In this document: one piece after another, positions 1-13,586 of the stretch | Position numbering within the stretch: position 1 is the first letter of the stretch | Layout: each line of letters starts with the position of its first letter | Assembly: GCA_013239625.1 (NCBI GenBank) | Contig: MU054220.1 | Coordinates: 8,281,367-8,345,366 of the forward strand | DNA from: Lama guanicoe | Lineage: Eukaryota | DNA length: 64,000 nt | Reading direction: 5' to 3' | Translations under genes and position numbers: made by a program | The notes under the pieces: generated by a model | What the model saw: the letters and a program-made list of their open reading frames with translations, nothing else | The model's database searches: none | Told to the model about the DNA's origin: nothing

Positions 1-1025
1 ATATCCTGAAATTATCTCCTCCTTTCTTTTTTTTTTTTTTCCTACAAACCCTGGTTCCTACTTACTTATATAAATGGGATCTCTCTTTAATACAAACTCA
101 CAGTTAGTACTGGGATTCTAAACAAATGTGCTGGCTACTTAGCCCTGATTTATACCCCTGTGTGCTGTGATACCCTTTACACTTGCATGAAAGCTTATTT
201 TCTGTTTAGCTTTTGCTGCTGTGTGTTAAATGTCACAGGTGACGTTGGTGATGATGATTATGTCATGTAGGTCTGATTCTTTTCTAGATTTTTTTTTAAT
301 TAAACCTAATTATTTTTTAAACATCAGATCATGCTATGGAAATACCATCTGTCATTTTATAAAAACCTGAGCTCCAAAATTACATTGCCAAGAGTAGTTT
401 TGGCAGAAAATCCATAATGTATAGTTGGGCTGAGGACTCACTCGAAAGAAATTGTCACCACTCGACACAAATTTAACATCATCTTACCAGTATATACTTT
501 TTTATACTTCAGTATATTAATATGACCAATTTCTAAATGTAGATAAAAACACTCCTTACTTTTTAAAGTACTTAAAATTAAAGGAGAAAAAATATCAATT
601 GCATTAGGATATAATGACAGAATATTTACGATTATTTTATGGTTTGGTTTACAGCATCAAACAAATGTATCTGAATGCAGATAATATGAAATCTTATCAA
701 AATTGATGGTATCTTGTCCATGTAAGTTGATATACTGGCAAAATAAAATTAAGTTAAAATGGTATTTTATCTTTATATTTCCTTGACCCTTAACTCCCTT
801 AGAGTTGCTACTTCTTATCACTGTTACTTTATTTTAGTTTTTACATGTTTCCTTATCATCTCCTTTTCGATGCTGCTGAACTGAAAGGGGAGATGCTGCT
901 TTTCAAATTGGTTCTTGTTTCCTTCTCTCTGCACCATCACATCATTACCTGTCACCCTCATCTCACCAAAATACGGCTTTCCTTTTTCTGAAACTTAGGT
1001 CAGATCTATCTGTAGTGATCCTTAC

Positions 1026-1219
1026 CTGTAGTAGAGAAATTTCTCCAAGTGCACCAGGATTAAAATAAGAAAGAAGAGTTGTCAGGTAACAGAAGAAACA
1101 TATGACAGCCAGTGACCTTTAGAAAAATTAATGTGGTAGAATTAAAGATGAGAATCTGAAATGGATAGGAAGTGAGAATGGAGCTGAAAAGGATATTTGG
1201 TGAAAATTCATGTCGCTGC
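1026..1219 (-). other. Candidate non-coding exon (minus strand)
   Basis: Minus-strand acceptor ttttgttttttttttcccctcgttcttacAG|G at 1220/1219 and donor CAG|GTAAGG at 1026/1025; the ORF-track frame stops inside it. Confidence 0.25.
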
Positions 1220-2129
1220 CTGTAAGAACGAGGGGAAAAAAAAAACAAAATGGAAAATATGTACTGTATCTGCTCAACATTTTTTAAGTCTTTCATTGAA
1301 TTCAACAGGAGACTCTTAAAAGCATTTGCTCATGAAATTTTTAAAAATATAAAGAACTATCACTGTATTTCCTGGGGAATCTCAACAGTGAAGCATCTTC
1401 ACAGCTGTTAAGAACAAAATGTCAGTTTGTGCCAGCCTCCGCTTTGTAGCCCATTTTTCAGGTATGCACACTCAAAAGTTGAAATCCAGTAAGATTAAGA
1501 AGATAGCTTTTCAAATATTCTCAAGAGAGCTAGAAAGCAGACTACTTTAAATTGGCTTCAAAAATAAATAAATAAATAAGACACTCCAAACACAAAATGA
1601 AGGTTGCAGAAGGTTATACAGAAATTCAAGAGCAGAGGAAATTAAATTACAGCCAAGCTAAAACTTACACAAGATCTGTCATTAGATGGCTACTCATTCT
1701 GATTGCATTCTCAAATGTATACAACAGAACAGGTAGAAAATAAAATGACTAGGAAAATGGGATTCTCTTGTTTTGGTTCCTTAAGAGTGTACTTTGGGCA
1801 TTCAAGTTAATACAAGAAAAAGAGGAAATGAAAGCAGGCTGTAACCTAATTAGTATTCAGATATGTTGCTCATTTACCATGTTGTACAATATGGCATGCA
1901 TCAATTAAAGCACTCTAGGTTTTCTTTTTTTGTTTGTTTTCCCTCTTAAAGAATTTGTACATGGAAGAAGAGCAAAGCTAAAGTCTGATTCCCTGTTTCT
2001 TTAAAAACACAGTCTATTTCCTTATACTTTGTGTGAGATAAAAGATTAAAAATTGAGATTTATGTCATATATACCTCACTTTTAAGTAACTTAAGTAACT
2101 TGTCTATTCTCTTTTTTTTTTCTTTGTAG

Positions 2130-2201
2130 GAACAAAAATATTAGATTTAGCTGTTTTCAAGATGGCTGTGGAAAGATGGCTGGAAACTAGAACATCACAA
2201 G
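2130..2201 (+). other. Candidate 72-bp exon containing a strong-Kozak ATG (2162)
   Basis: Acceptor ctctttttttttttctttgtAG|G, donor AAG|GTAGGG; only one frame open (TKILDLAVFKMAVERWLETRTSQ); ATG context caagATGG. Confidence 0.35.
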
Positions 2202-2224
2202 GTAGGGTTTATGGCCCTTTGTGT

Positions 2225-2672
2225 TAGATCTAGACTGACCGATGACTGCTTCGACCAAGAGAGCATGGCAGAAGTGATGCTCGGCCAGTTTGGGGCTTAG
2301 CATTTAAAGACTTAGAGCTTCTGTTTTGGTCCTTTGGAGTCCTCAGCCATTGTAGAAGTCTGACTATCCTGCTGGAGACACCCTGTGGGGAGGCCTGAGA
2401 TGACACAGTGAAGGGGCCAGCTGAGTCCTGCCTACTAGCCGTCACCTTCAAGATGCCACACGTGTAAGTAAAACCATCTTGAACATTCTAGACCTGCCCA
2501 ACCAATAGTTGAATCCCCCAGGTCACCCCAGTTAATCTCAGGTGAGCAAATAAATTGCCCAGCCAAGTCTTACCTGAATGCCTGACATACTCAACTGGGA
2601 GATACAAGAAGTCATTTGTTCAAGCCACTGCATTTTGAATTAGTCTGTCATGAAGCCATACATGCCTGGGAC
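2225..2672 (+). mobile_element. MLT1-type (ERVL-MaLR) solo LTR, old
   Basis: MLT1-like motifs ggcagaagtgatg, ttgcccagccaagtc, and 3' end ttcaagccactgcattttgaattagtctgtcatgaagcc. Confidence 0.72.
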
Positions 2673-4554
2673 ACTGGGTGTACAAACTGACTTGAAGCAA
2701 AGGAAGAAGCCATACCTGTAAAATAGTTTCAGAGTTCAGAAACAGAAACCTACTTGATCATTCCACACCAAAATTGTAATGAAAAACAACATGGTTATCT
2801 CTTCACCAGCTTAATCCAGCTGGAAGTTCTTTAACTCTGAAGTAAGATGGGTTGGCTCCTGTCAGAGATAAGGAGAATTGTCAAGTTTTATAATGAAAAT
2901 ATGTGGAAATTTGGAATACCTCAATATATAATTGTTTTTAAGTTGTAAACTAGATTTGGGAAAAAGTGAATAATAGTACACCATACATAGAGGTTTTGCA
3001 ATAATGTAGATCTAAATGTATGTCCATATGTAATGAATTATGTTGACCTGTAATGAATGTTTATTGACCTCCCACTACACACAACCCTATTCTCGCATTG
3101 GAGATCATATTTTTGTAAATAAAACCAGTATTACTGTGTAAATAGATGATGGATGCTTCTTATCTGTCCAAAATATTAACAGTGACCAACTACCAACTAT
3201 GTGTCATTATATTTCAGTGACTTTAGTAATGTCATTTAACTGCCTTTTCATTTTAAACTATTTTTTTTACATTTATCATTATTCCTTGTATATACACAGT
3301 AAGACAAATACAAATGCACACCTTTGGAAAGCCAACTGAGAAGAGAGTACATAAGTAAATTGTAAACATGTATATGATGATTTTGTTTTAAACCAGAATA
3401 AATTGTAATGGGAATTACTCAAGTGATCCCAAGAGTAGAAAATGGCTTAGAAAGAAAAAGTGAAAAGGGGGACATTCTTCATACTTTTAAATTTCTTCCT
3501 AGACCAACCCCAAAATGCAGAAAAGCATTTTCATCTACAGCCAATACACTCTCAGCAGCTTGATAAGGGTGGTTTGCTTGAAAAGGGTGGCAAAACTTCC
3601 TTTAATGGACTTGCCTGAAGTAATTAATATCTCACTGCAAACATTCACATCAATGATATTAATGTTCCTACTTTATGTGAAGGAATAATATTGGTGTAAC
3701 CTGGTCACTCACGCAAATCAGGAGGCTCCCATCTTATAATAATATCTTCCCACTACAATTTGATCAGGCTCAGTGACCTGGAGGTAATAAATGAGTAAGT
3801 CAACAAACCAAACAACAGATAAATAAATCAACTGCCAATAACCTTCTTTCAAACCATCCAATGCCCTGGGATTGATATGTTTAATTAAGAGAAATAAATT
3901 GTTCTGTGTTGAATCGCTAATGATGTTGTGAATCAAATACCGTTTAAATGATTTGTCTTGCAATATTTGTATGCTAATTATATTATTCAATACTGTATGA
4001 GCAGGCAAGATAAAGGAAACAGAAATAAGATTTATTTTATCATGTAGTGAGTTTTGCTTTATGAAATCATGAGCAATTATCCACTTATTTGAATCAGCAC
4101 AGAAAAATGAGAATCAGCATGACACATAAAATTTATATTTAAGTCATGGTTGTAGATTTAGGGTGCCATTTTGCAAACTCATAACTTTTGGTCCTTATGG
4201 TGAATATCTTTCATTCTGTCAATGAGCACACTGTGATTGAATTAGGGTGATGAGTTCCACCCGACTTAACACATAAACAAATAAATAAACAAACAGAATA
4301 AAGCAGACAAAAGTAACCAGAGGAGCAATGAAATCACAAGCAATAGGATATCTGTTGGCTTCTGTAACTAAAATGTGTAGAGATTTGGGCAAGGTTTGAT
4401 GTATAAACCCAACAATGTCTTAAAAGAATCCTTTTCTGTGTTTCCTCTGACTCTTACACTATGACAACAATTCCCTATGATGACCTGCCCTATAGGATGT
4501 ATATTTAGGAACTTAGATGCTGCAACCAACTACCTTTATTTTAATCACAGTGTA

Positions 4555-4745
4555 GCCCTGTTTTCCTTAGTGCCTTAGTGTCCTCATCTGGGCCCTAGTA
4601 TCTTTATCTGAAAGAGAGGACAACAATGATACCTACCCCATATTACTGTGGATATTAAATAAACTAGTCACATATGTGAAGCTCTCAGTTCAGTGTCTGA
4701 TGTAACATAAGTCCTATAGAGGAGCCAGATATAATTCCTGTTATT
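4555..4745 (+). mobile_element. MIR SINE fragment
   Basis: MIR core-like gtgccttagtgtcctcatctg...atgatacctaccccata...attaaataaa. Confidence 0.68.
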
Positions 4746-5389
4746 GTGGTCAGAAAACAACCGTAGTGATTAGAGACTTCACATCTTCCTAAAATACTAT
4801 CCAGCAACTAGAGCTCCAGCTTTGTCCTCATGACGATGAGGACTCTTGAAATGTATTCTTTCATTGTCCCAAACTAAATCCTTTTCACTATCCCTGCACT
4901 AATCCCTAAAAGTAGAAAAATTTGAATCGCCAGTTTCACCTCACCAGGGCTCACACCTCCAGTTGGGAGTGGAGTCAATCCACGCTGAACCAAAACATAC
5001 CCACCTAAAATTTCAAATATGTTTTATGTATAAAAAGTAGTAGAAAATAAAGTTGAAGGAATAATTGGGTTTGCAGTCAAGAGAAGGAAATTGGACTTGA
5101 TCCCAAGCAGGGAGCCATAATAAGTCCTCGGGTGCCTAACGGACATGATGAAATCAGGGTTTCACAAGAATGAGTCTGAGGAAAGTGCACAGAGACAGCT
5201 GAAGGTAAGGGATCCAGGTACCCAATTGTATAGTAATTTGAGATTGAGGTGATTGAGCAGTAGACTAATGTAGCTGCGGTAGAACAAGCCAGAAGCAATC
5301 AGGGACAAGTTTAGTGAGAAATTTTATGTAGAATACGAAGGGAAATGTCTAGACCAATATTTTAGTTTAGTAATCAAAAATCATGGCAG

Positions 5390-5580
5390 TACTGAAATGA
5401 GTGGAGAAGGAGAAAAAGTTAATATTAAGGAATGAATACCAATGTTTAAGTTCTGGGTTTGTTATGTCCTGAAAGTAAGACTTCTAGAGTGGAGAAATTC
5501 CAACACCAGTTGAATATATACATAGGGATGAAGTTCAGGTGAGAGGTCAGATCTGAAGCCTCTCAGAAGAGTCATCTATA
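5390..5580 (-). mobile_element. L2 LINE fragment
   Basis: Degenerate resemblance to antisense L2 (cagttgaatatata...agttcaggtgagaggtcagatctgaag). Confidence 0.45.
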
Positions 5581-6474
5581 TCTTCACATGTTTCAGAGCT
5601 AAACCTGGATATGAAAATATATTCTTGAATTTCAAATCAACGAAATTTATTTAAAATATATCTTCTTGTTTGGTCTCCTTTTATTGAATCCTTTGAATTA
5701 TCTGGTGAACAGAATCAAAATGTCTTCTGATTAGAATCCAATGTATTGCTTATGTATAACTGTGTTGCCACATTTTTGATTAAATTTGATACGTTATAAT
5801 AATCAGTGGTAAATAGGAGTTTGCAGTCTATCTCCAAAATTCATCTTTTTAAAGTTTCTCTTAATCGTTAAGGAAGCCAAGGGAAAGGTCTAAACTGTGG
5901 AATCAGCAAGTTACCTTTGGCTCAAGTAGGAGAGGAATTAAGTCATAATCCCTTTAATGTCTTCTGTTGTCAGTCGGAAGCAGGAACTTCTTACCGTATG
6001 CTGAATGCCAAACAGATGTTTTTCGGTAGGTCTGACTGTGGACTCCTTCAATTTTTTACTTTTAAGACAACATTTAAAGATGCCAGATTGCTCTAATCAC
6101 AAGTGTCAACCATTCATTAGCTTAATGGAAAAAGGTAACAGATTATGTATATAATAGTCACCCAGGGAGAAGATATACATTTACAACCCATAACACTTAT
6201 GTAGATAGATTGTAGACATAATAATCTTCCACAGGATGGAGAGAGACAAACAATTACTCTAATGGAAAGCAAGAGAATGTGATTAACATTAAATGCTACC
6301 CAAAGACAGATATTTGTGGAGGGGATGACATGCAGCATGGCTACATAACTTGGCCTTGAGTTTTGGGCAACAGAGTTAGGGAAGATAATGAATGTGTTGA
6401 GAGGCTGCAGTTTGAAGAAACCGTTGTAGGGTTGTTTTTTACTTTTTGAAAGAATCACACTTTTTAATTCCTGG

Positions 6475-7010
6475 TGTGGTAAACTAAATTTATAAAATGG
6501 CTTTCAAAGATGACACACCTTGACTCCATATAAATATGGTGAGATATTACTCACATGATTACTTTAGATCATATGCCACCTTCAGTTGACTTTAAGATAG
6601 GGAGGAGGTCATCTTGCTGTGCTTTATCTGATTACATGAGCCCTTAAAAACAAAGAAATGTATTTGTCTGATGGCAGAAGAAGTCAGAGAGACTTAAAAC
6701 ATGAGAAGGATCAGATGTGTTGTTGCAGACTGAGGACAAAATGGGCAACTTGAGAAGAAACTTGACAATTTAAGGGACTGAGAGAGACCCCCCCTGGACT
6801 GGAAGCTGGCAAATTAGGGAGGACCTTGGTGCCACTACTACAAAGAACTAAATTCTGCCACTAAAAGAAATGAGCTCAGAAGGGGACCCCAATTTCCTGT
6901 AAGAATGCAATTGACTGAAACTTTGATTTCAGCTTTGTGAGACCCAGAGCATAGAACTTAGCTAAGCCCACCTGGACTTCGGATGTAAAGAACTGTGATT
7001 TGGAAAATGT
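6475..7010 (+). mobile_element. MLT1D/E-like solo LTR
   Basis: Starts tgtggt; motifs attacatgagcccttaaaa, aaagaactaaattctgcca, ctttgatttcagctttgtgagacc, cacctggacttc. Confidence 0.75.
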
Positions 7011-8344
7011 GACAAAACCTTGATTTTATTAGAGCTGGAAGACCAACAATTTTACTACTTGGTAAATGCCTGCAACATAAACTTGAAAAATAATTTCAAA
7101 TATACAGTATGAATAGCCAAGAATGAGCAAAACAGATATGCCACCTTTCAACATTAATTTAAAGGGGAGATGGTTGGAAGAGTGCAGTCTTACGTGTGCA
7201 TTCATTTGAACACTAGGTGTTAAGAGTTTCAAGAAAATGTCTTTGGTTTATACTGTTGGGCTATCAGTTTACACTAGAATGCAACTTGACGCTAGATCTA
7301 AATTTTGAGTTTTCCTTCTCTTTGAATTACTGTGATATTATTTGTTAAATATCTGATTTCTTCACACTTATAAATGAGAGAAAGAATTGTATTTTTGATC
7401 TGTCGTTGTCTCCTGTAGCGCTTTCTTCGTAATAAGGAAATAAATATATAAGACATTTCCTCTTTATGAAGAATGCATAAAGATAGTTTTGATTATGAAG
7501 GTGATGACAAGAGATGATAAATATCCACTTCCATTTTTAAGGAAGTGTTATTTCAGATGTACTAAGGCAGGTGGCAATGTGGAGCTTTGCAAAGAGACCG
7601 TGTGCAATGACCTAAGCAGCAGATGAAGAAAAGGGACAATAAACCACTTATTTTAATAGAACACTGCCCTCCATGTATATGCAATCAAATTAAAGTAGAT
7701 TTTCTAGGTTTGAGAAACTACTGTGGTGTTCTTTCATGCCCCTCTCCTTTTTGGCCATATTGCATTTTCTACATTTTTTTGTAATTTCTCTTCTATGATT
7801 ACTGCTACTCATTTCTAGGCAAAATGTCCATTATTACCAAGTTTCTGATGGAAAATCATAATGATTCTTTATTTCTTGCCTCATTCAAGTATATTTTCCC
7901 ATTTTTCCTGCCATTATTATAAAGCTTTTTTGTTCTGTTGAGTGTGATTTTTTTTCCTATATGATTACATTGGGGAACATAAAATACTAACATTAGCTTT
8001 GCTCTTTTCTATATTATGGTTATTTACTCTGATGGCTTTAATATTAAGTGATCAGCATTTTAAACCACAATTCAACAGTAATAGACGTGACTTGATCTCC
8101 ACTTGACTGTACAAATGGACCATGAAAATGATTCAGTATGGCTTCCAGATGGCCCAATTAGAAAGCACTTTGAATTGCTTCACAGTTGATGCTTCTGCAT
8201 GGAGCTGATAAGCCAGACTCCACTCACTTTCTCCACTGTTTCTGTACTTCCCAGTAGACTCCCAAAATATTACAAGTAAGCAATTCTCAATAAGGTCAGA
8301 AATATATGTTTCTAAATATGAAATGCTTTTTTGAACTTTTTACT

Positions 8345-8722
8345 GTGGGACCTTCCAGTATTTGATGCTTTTGGCCATACCTTCCTTCTTACCACACACT
8401 CCTCTGAACATCTTAACTTGAGTTCTTCCTGCTCCTCACATCACTTCTGTCTGTATTTCTTTGTATCCCCATCTTCTTCCCAGCCATTCAGTGTTGAAAT
8501 CCCCAGTGCTTTTTCATAGGCCTAATTTCTTATTCTATATTCTCACCATAGGTGATTTTTTAACTACCACTTATGTGCAGGTCACTCCCAATTTTGCACC
8601 CCAAACCCAGACCTCTCCTCCCAGTGCGCAGTGGACAAACACAGCTACGAGTTTCTAATCTCCTCTTGGACATGTGGCCACCGCCCAAACTGAAGATGCC
8701 AAAAGCCAAACTTAGAGACTTC
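8345..8722 (+). mobile_element. L2 ORF2 fragment (5' piece, split by an MLT1 LTR)
   Basis: L2 RT-region motifs atttgatgcttttggccat, ataggtgat, cactcccaaattt-like, cccagacctctcc, ccaaaagccaaactt. Confidence 0.7.
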
Positions 8723-8726
8723 CTGC

Positions 8727-9207
8727 ATGTGTTACTTACCCACTTCTGTGTAGGAAATTACCTCAAAACTTGGCAGCTTAGTAAAAATTAAACATTTATT
8801 AGCTCTCACAGATTCTCTAAGTCGGGAATTTGGGAGTGGCTTGTCTAGCGGCTTGGTATTCAGTCAGATGTTACCCATGACTGCAGTCACTTGAAGGCTT
8901 GACCAACGGTAGAGGACACTTCTAAAGCACCTTACTTCCCCGTCTGGCCAATCAGAACTGGTGGTTACCAGAAGGCTTCCCTCACTCTGCACAGTCTTCT
9001 CCTGAGGGCTGCTCAGGTCCTCACAACATGATGGATGGCTTCCCCAACAGACCAAGACAGAGTAGAAATGCCATGTCATCAGCACAGTATTCTCTCAGGC
9101 ACTCAGGTCAGTCGTGATTCAGAATGAGAGGGGACTACACAAAATTGTGAATCCGAGATTGGAAAGCTGATTGGAGGTCATGTTGGAGCCTCACGAAAAC
9201 ACTACAG
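8727..9207 (-). mobile_element. MLT1-type solo LTR inserted in L2
   Basis: Antisense MLT1 motifs aaattacctcaaaacttggcagctta...catttattagctctcacagattct, gggctgctcaggtcctcacaacatg; ends actaca. Confidence 0.7.
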
Positions 9208-9244
9208 AAGCTCATTTTTTTCTAGATTTCTAGTGATCATGAAT

Positions 9245-10110
9245 AGGCAAGCCAAAGATTTAGATGTCATTCTTGACACCTCCCTTTCCTTAATTCTTTC
9301 GTATTCAGTCCATTGCTTGCTTACTTTTGTGACTTTGCTTCCCCAATATTTTTTCAATCCACTGTTTTATCAACTCTACTGCTTACCTTAACCCTAATGG
9401 GTCCAACTGCTTATGTTTTCATCTTCTTATAATCAGTTATTTGCACTGCAGTTAAAGGAAACTTTTCAAAACACAAATTAATTTGGATCATACTTTTGCT
9501 TAAAATATTTCTCTTGTTTCCTGTTGCTCTTAGCTAAAAACCCTAACGTGACTTCAGTATGATTTTCAAAACCCAGTGTGGTTTGGCAGCTACCTACTTC
9601 TTAAGCTATGGTTCATGTGATTTTCCCCTTTCTGTCTATTATTACACAAAACCATTCAGTATCTTTGATGTGCCATTCTTGTGCACATGAGGATTTAGCC
9701 GTCCTTCTTACTGGATAACTTATTCCTTCTATCTTTTCTTAGTTAACTAACATCATTTCCTTTTTTTTTTTTTTGATATCCTACTTGTACAAAGGAAAGG
9801 TCCCAACCTCTCTGACTAGTTTAAATATTTCTATAATATATTGCTATTGTATCATGTACCTCACATTTATGTTCCTTATTGGACTATACTTTTATTTTCA
9901 TTTTTATGGTTTTCTGTTAAGTGCTTTACCTGTTTAGCTACATTTGTGTTCACTGTCTCAGGGCTTATCTGTCTTTGTAAACTTCTACTGAAGCAAAACC
10001 CAATAGGAAGGTGGGAATACGGCAGCCTATTTTCTCAGTTTGATAAAGCTGAATATCCATACACCAGCAAATACCGAATCGAAGTGTCTAACTGATGCTA
10101 TGATGAGTAC
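9245..10110 (+). mobile_element. L2 continuation to 3' end
   Basis: gccaaagatttagatgtcattcttgacacctccctttcc...ttgcactgcag...cttttcaaaacacaaa, collinear with the 8345-8722 piece. Confidence 0.6.
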
Positions 10111-11097
10111 AAAAAAATTAGTTACAACGATATCCACTTGGTCATGAAAAGGTTAACATAAAAATGGAAGAATCAGGCTTAAGTAAAATACTCACTTATA
10201 CATGTCAAGGTTCAGGAAGATGGTGTTATGAGTGAGAGAAAGTAGTGCATCTCCCTTGTATTCTCGCCATAAAATTCTAGAAGCTCATGGTTAGTTAACT
10301 CAACTTTTTTTGTCCTTTGGCTGCATTTGTACAAGACCACATTCATATTTTTGGCTTATATGGCCATTTGGTAACAACTGTTAAAAAAGGAAAATTACAG
10401 CCTGCCAACTCACAGCCAAAATCAATCACCATAATTATGTAAATATTTGATCTGGGGAACTAATTAGTCAGTTCATTCAAGGCAGCAAAATAATCTTATG
10501 AAGACACTCAACTCAAACACTTAAGCAACTGATACATGTGAAACATTATGTTATATGTTGAGCTGCATAAAAGGCCGTATTATATGTTAATTCAAGTTTG
10601 CTCAAAGTTTATTTAGAAAGGTAAATTGAACATAGCTAACTGTAACGTAAGTTAAATCGTGGCAAGTGTCCTAACATGACAGAAGATGTCTTCTCTGAGT
10701 TCGAGAATGGTTTCTCAAAGGCTTGGGATGTTCAGGCTCTTCACATACTTTCTCTCATCTTAGCACTTCACCAGTTCTGCTCTTTCCATTGTACAAAGAC
10801 CAACCAGGAAAAAAAAAAATCTGTCTCAGTGAATCAAGTGCTCACATTTATTAAAATGTCATAGAAACTGTTCTGACAAGAAAGTCACAGAGTGCTACCT
10901 GACCCTGTAACCTTTAGCCCCAAATTCCTAGAAACAAGTTAAATACTCTGCTTGAAACCTGCTGTTGTGTGAGTTTTCACAGGCAACCTCTTGACCTCTC
11001 TCTCCAGGCCAAAGACATCCCCAGCCTCTCCGGGCATCTTCTTACACTCAACAACTACCATAAAACTTATACTTCCTCCTTCCTTTATCCCGTACAG

Positions 11098-11184
11098 AAA
11101 GGATTGCTAGACTGTTATAGAAATAAAATTGATCCATATCTTTTAAACTGTGTTAGATTTTTAAGTTTGTGCTAGTTATATCTG
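11098..11184 (+). other. Candidate non-coding exon or pseudo-exon (87 bp)
   Basis: Acceptor cttcctccttcctttatcccgtacAG, donor CTG|GTGAGT; stops in all three frames. Confidence 0.22.
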
Positions 11185-11289
11185 GTGAGTGCTAGCTGCC
11201 TTGTGAAACACGATTAAGCAGGTTCTTCGCCAAACATAAGTTTAATCATAAAAATTAATAAAATACAGTGGAGGAAAAAAGGGGGAGCC

Positions 11290-11500
11290 ATTAGAGGAAC
11301 TGAGGGGCAAGGTGAAGTGACTGATGGTGTGGTTTCAAGAGGATTAGGAAAGGCCACCCAGAAGCAATGGTATGGGAGTATTAAGGATGGGCTGTTCTGT
11401 GGAACACAGACATACATGGAAGAAGGTGGTCCAGGTACAAGGATGATCATCAACAAAGCACTGAGTTAGAAAAGTTCCAAGAACATTTGGAAAACAATAT
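11290..11500 (-). mobile_element. L2 fragment
   Basis: ttaggaaaggccacccagaag...ccaggtacaaggatgatcatcaacaaagcactgag resembles antisense L2. Confidence 0.5.
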
Positions 11501-11747
11501 TAGTCTCAACTTGGTGACACTGGAGAACTCTATGTATTGCACTGTGAAACGAGACAGTGCTGTAAATGTAAGTTATTGCTACATCATGCCACGTGTACAG
11601 AATTGGATTTTTTTCTGTCTGAAGGCACATTTCAGTAGAGATATAGAGCCTTGGAACTTGTATACCTCTGAATCCAAACAGTGTCAAAAATTTTGTAAGC
11701 AACTCTGTTGGTTAGCATCAATTTTTAAGAAATTTAATAATATAAAA

Positions 11748-12125
11748 TTAGACAAATACCATATGATATCACTTCTTTGTGGAATCTAAAAAAAGGAAAT
11801 GACACAAATGAACTTATTTCACAAAACAGAAAGAAACTCAAAGACATAGAAGACAAACATGGTTACCAGGTGGAGAAGTGGGAAGGGAGGGATAAACTGG
11901 GAGTTTGGGATTAGCAGATACAAACTACTATGTATAGAACAGATAAACAAAAAAGTCCTGCTGTATAGCACAGGGGACTGTATTCAATGGCTTGTGGTAA
12001 CCTGTAATGAAAAAGAACATGAAAAATAACATGTATGTATTTATATGTATAACTGAATCACTGTACTATACACCAGAAACTAACATAACATTGTAAATCA
12101 ACTATACTTCAATATAAAAAAGAGA
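11748..12125 (+). mobile_element. 5'-truncated artiodactyl-type L1 3' end
   Basis: agacaaataccatatgatatcactt...ggagtttgggattagcagatacaaactac...cattgtaaatcaactatacttcaat followed by an A-rich tail. Confidence 0.9.
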
Positions 12126-12149
12126 AAAATAATTTTAAAAAGACTTTGA

Positions 12150-12545
12150 GTTAATGGTGCAAAGGTAGACAAATATATCACTGTAACAGAATAGAGAATC
12201 CAGAAACAAAACCATAGATGTATAGGAACTTGGATTTATGACAGAAAAGCACAGGAAAGCAATGGGGAGGGACTGTCTCTTCAGTACATGGTACAAGGTC
12301 AGTTGTGATATGCTGGTGGAAAAAATCATATTTCCTCCTACCTCACACGATGCCCAAATATCAATCCCAGATCTAAAGGTAGAAAGCAAAATACTAAAGT
12401 TTCTAAAAAATAATTTAGGAAAATAATCTTTATGACTTCGGGATGAGGAAAGAATTCTTAATAGGAGAAAACAGTAACTAGATGGCAGATGATTGGTAAA
12501 TTGTATTGTATTGGAAAAGAAAAACCTCTGTTCATCAAAAATAAA
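12150..12545 (+). mobile_element. Old L1M ORF2 fragment
   Basis: aacagaatagagaatccagaaa, cctacctcacac, aaatactaaagtttcta, aacctctgttcatcaaaa. Confidence 0.7.
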
Positions 12546-12928
12546 AAATAATATAAAGTTAGATATTTTTACTTGATTTAAAAAAAAAGTAGAGCCTAAG
12601 CTAACCCTCATAAGAAATCAATTTGTTGTTATATTTAGACTAAATATACACTGGTTTCTACCTTAAGAGTAGAGTAGAAGGAGTCATTAAAGAATGCTTG
12701 ATTAAAATCTGTCAGCATCTCTTCTTCAATGTATACATCCCTCCTCAGCATAATAGCCCAATTTTTGTCTTTTCAGAACTCTCAGAACTTCTTAGAACTA
12801 TGTAATCACTTATTATTTAATTCTACTAGGTTTATAACAGTTACCGCTGAAATGAGTCTTCTTCTTTTATTTTTTTTAACCAAAATACTACTTCTCTAAG
12901 CAAAATGTAACTTGTTTTATCTTGTCTG

Positions 12929-13402
12929 TGCCAAAGAAAGCCAGAGCTGAATAGTAGTTAAAGTGGTTTAAAAAGATTTTATTCAGCATATACTAAAATA
13001 GAGAAAAAGAGACCCCAGTATAGAACTGGGCTCAATTCTGAATACAAGGAAAACTGTGAATTTATAGTCAAGGAGCAGGGCAGAGGGGGCAGAGGATGGA
13101 AAATTAAGAGGACACATCAGGGGCAAGGGGACCCTGGCTAAAAAGACTTAACGAGATTCTTGCTGAAGACAGGCCAGAGTGATCACAGATCACTTGGGGG
13201 ACGGGGGAGAGGGGTGTGATTTGATCAAATACTGAGGCAGATCAAATATCTAGGGTGGGATTTCTTGCTAAAGGGACTTAACAAGATTCCTGCTAGAATC
13301 AGATAAGGCAGAGAGGAACACAGAATTTCAAACATGGAAGCCTCCTTGAGAATAGGTTTTCAGGAGCCTGACAAAGCCTGGTCACAGGAGGTGATCCTGT
13401 CA
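12929..13402 (-). mobile_element. ERV1 solo LTR, MER31/MER67-like
   Basis: Minus strand runs TGacaggatcacctcctgtgaccaggctttgtcaggctcc ... AATAAA ... tctttggCA; internal direct repeat gacttaacRagattcYtgct; flanks tctg/tttg are a possible 4-bp TSD. Confidence 0.75.
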
Positions 13403-13586
13403 TTTGAAATACACGCATCTAAGCCAAATGCAGAGGACTAAGGAAAGACTGACAGTACTCTGCTGACAGTACTCAAGAAGACTCAAATGTCACTGTGAGC
13501 GCTCAGTGACATCAAATGTTGTACTTGCCTTCCTGGTTCGTCTGCAGATACTTATATGGTCAGTTTTTCCTGCCTTTCTATTCTAG

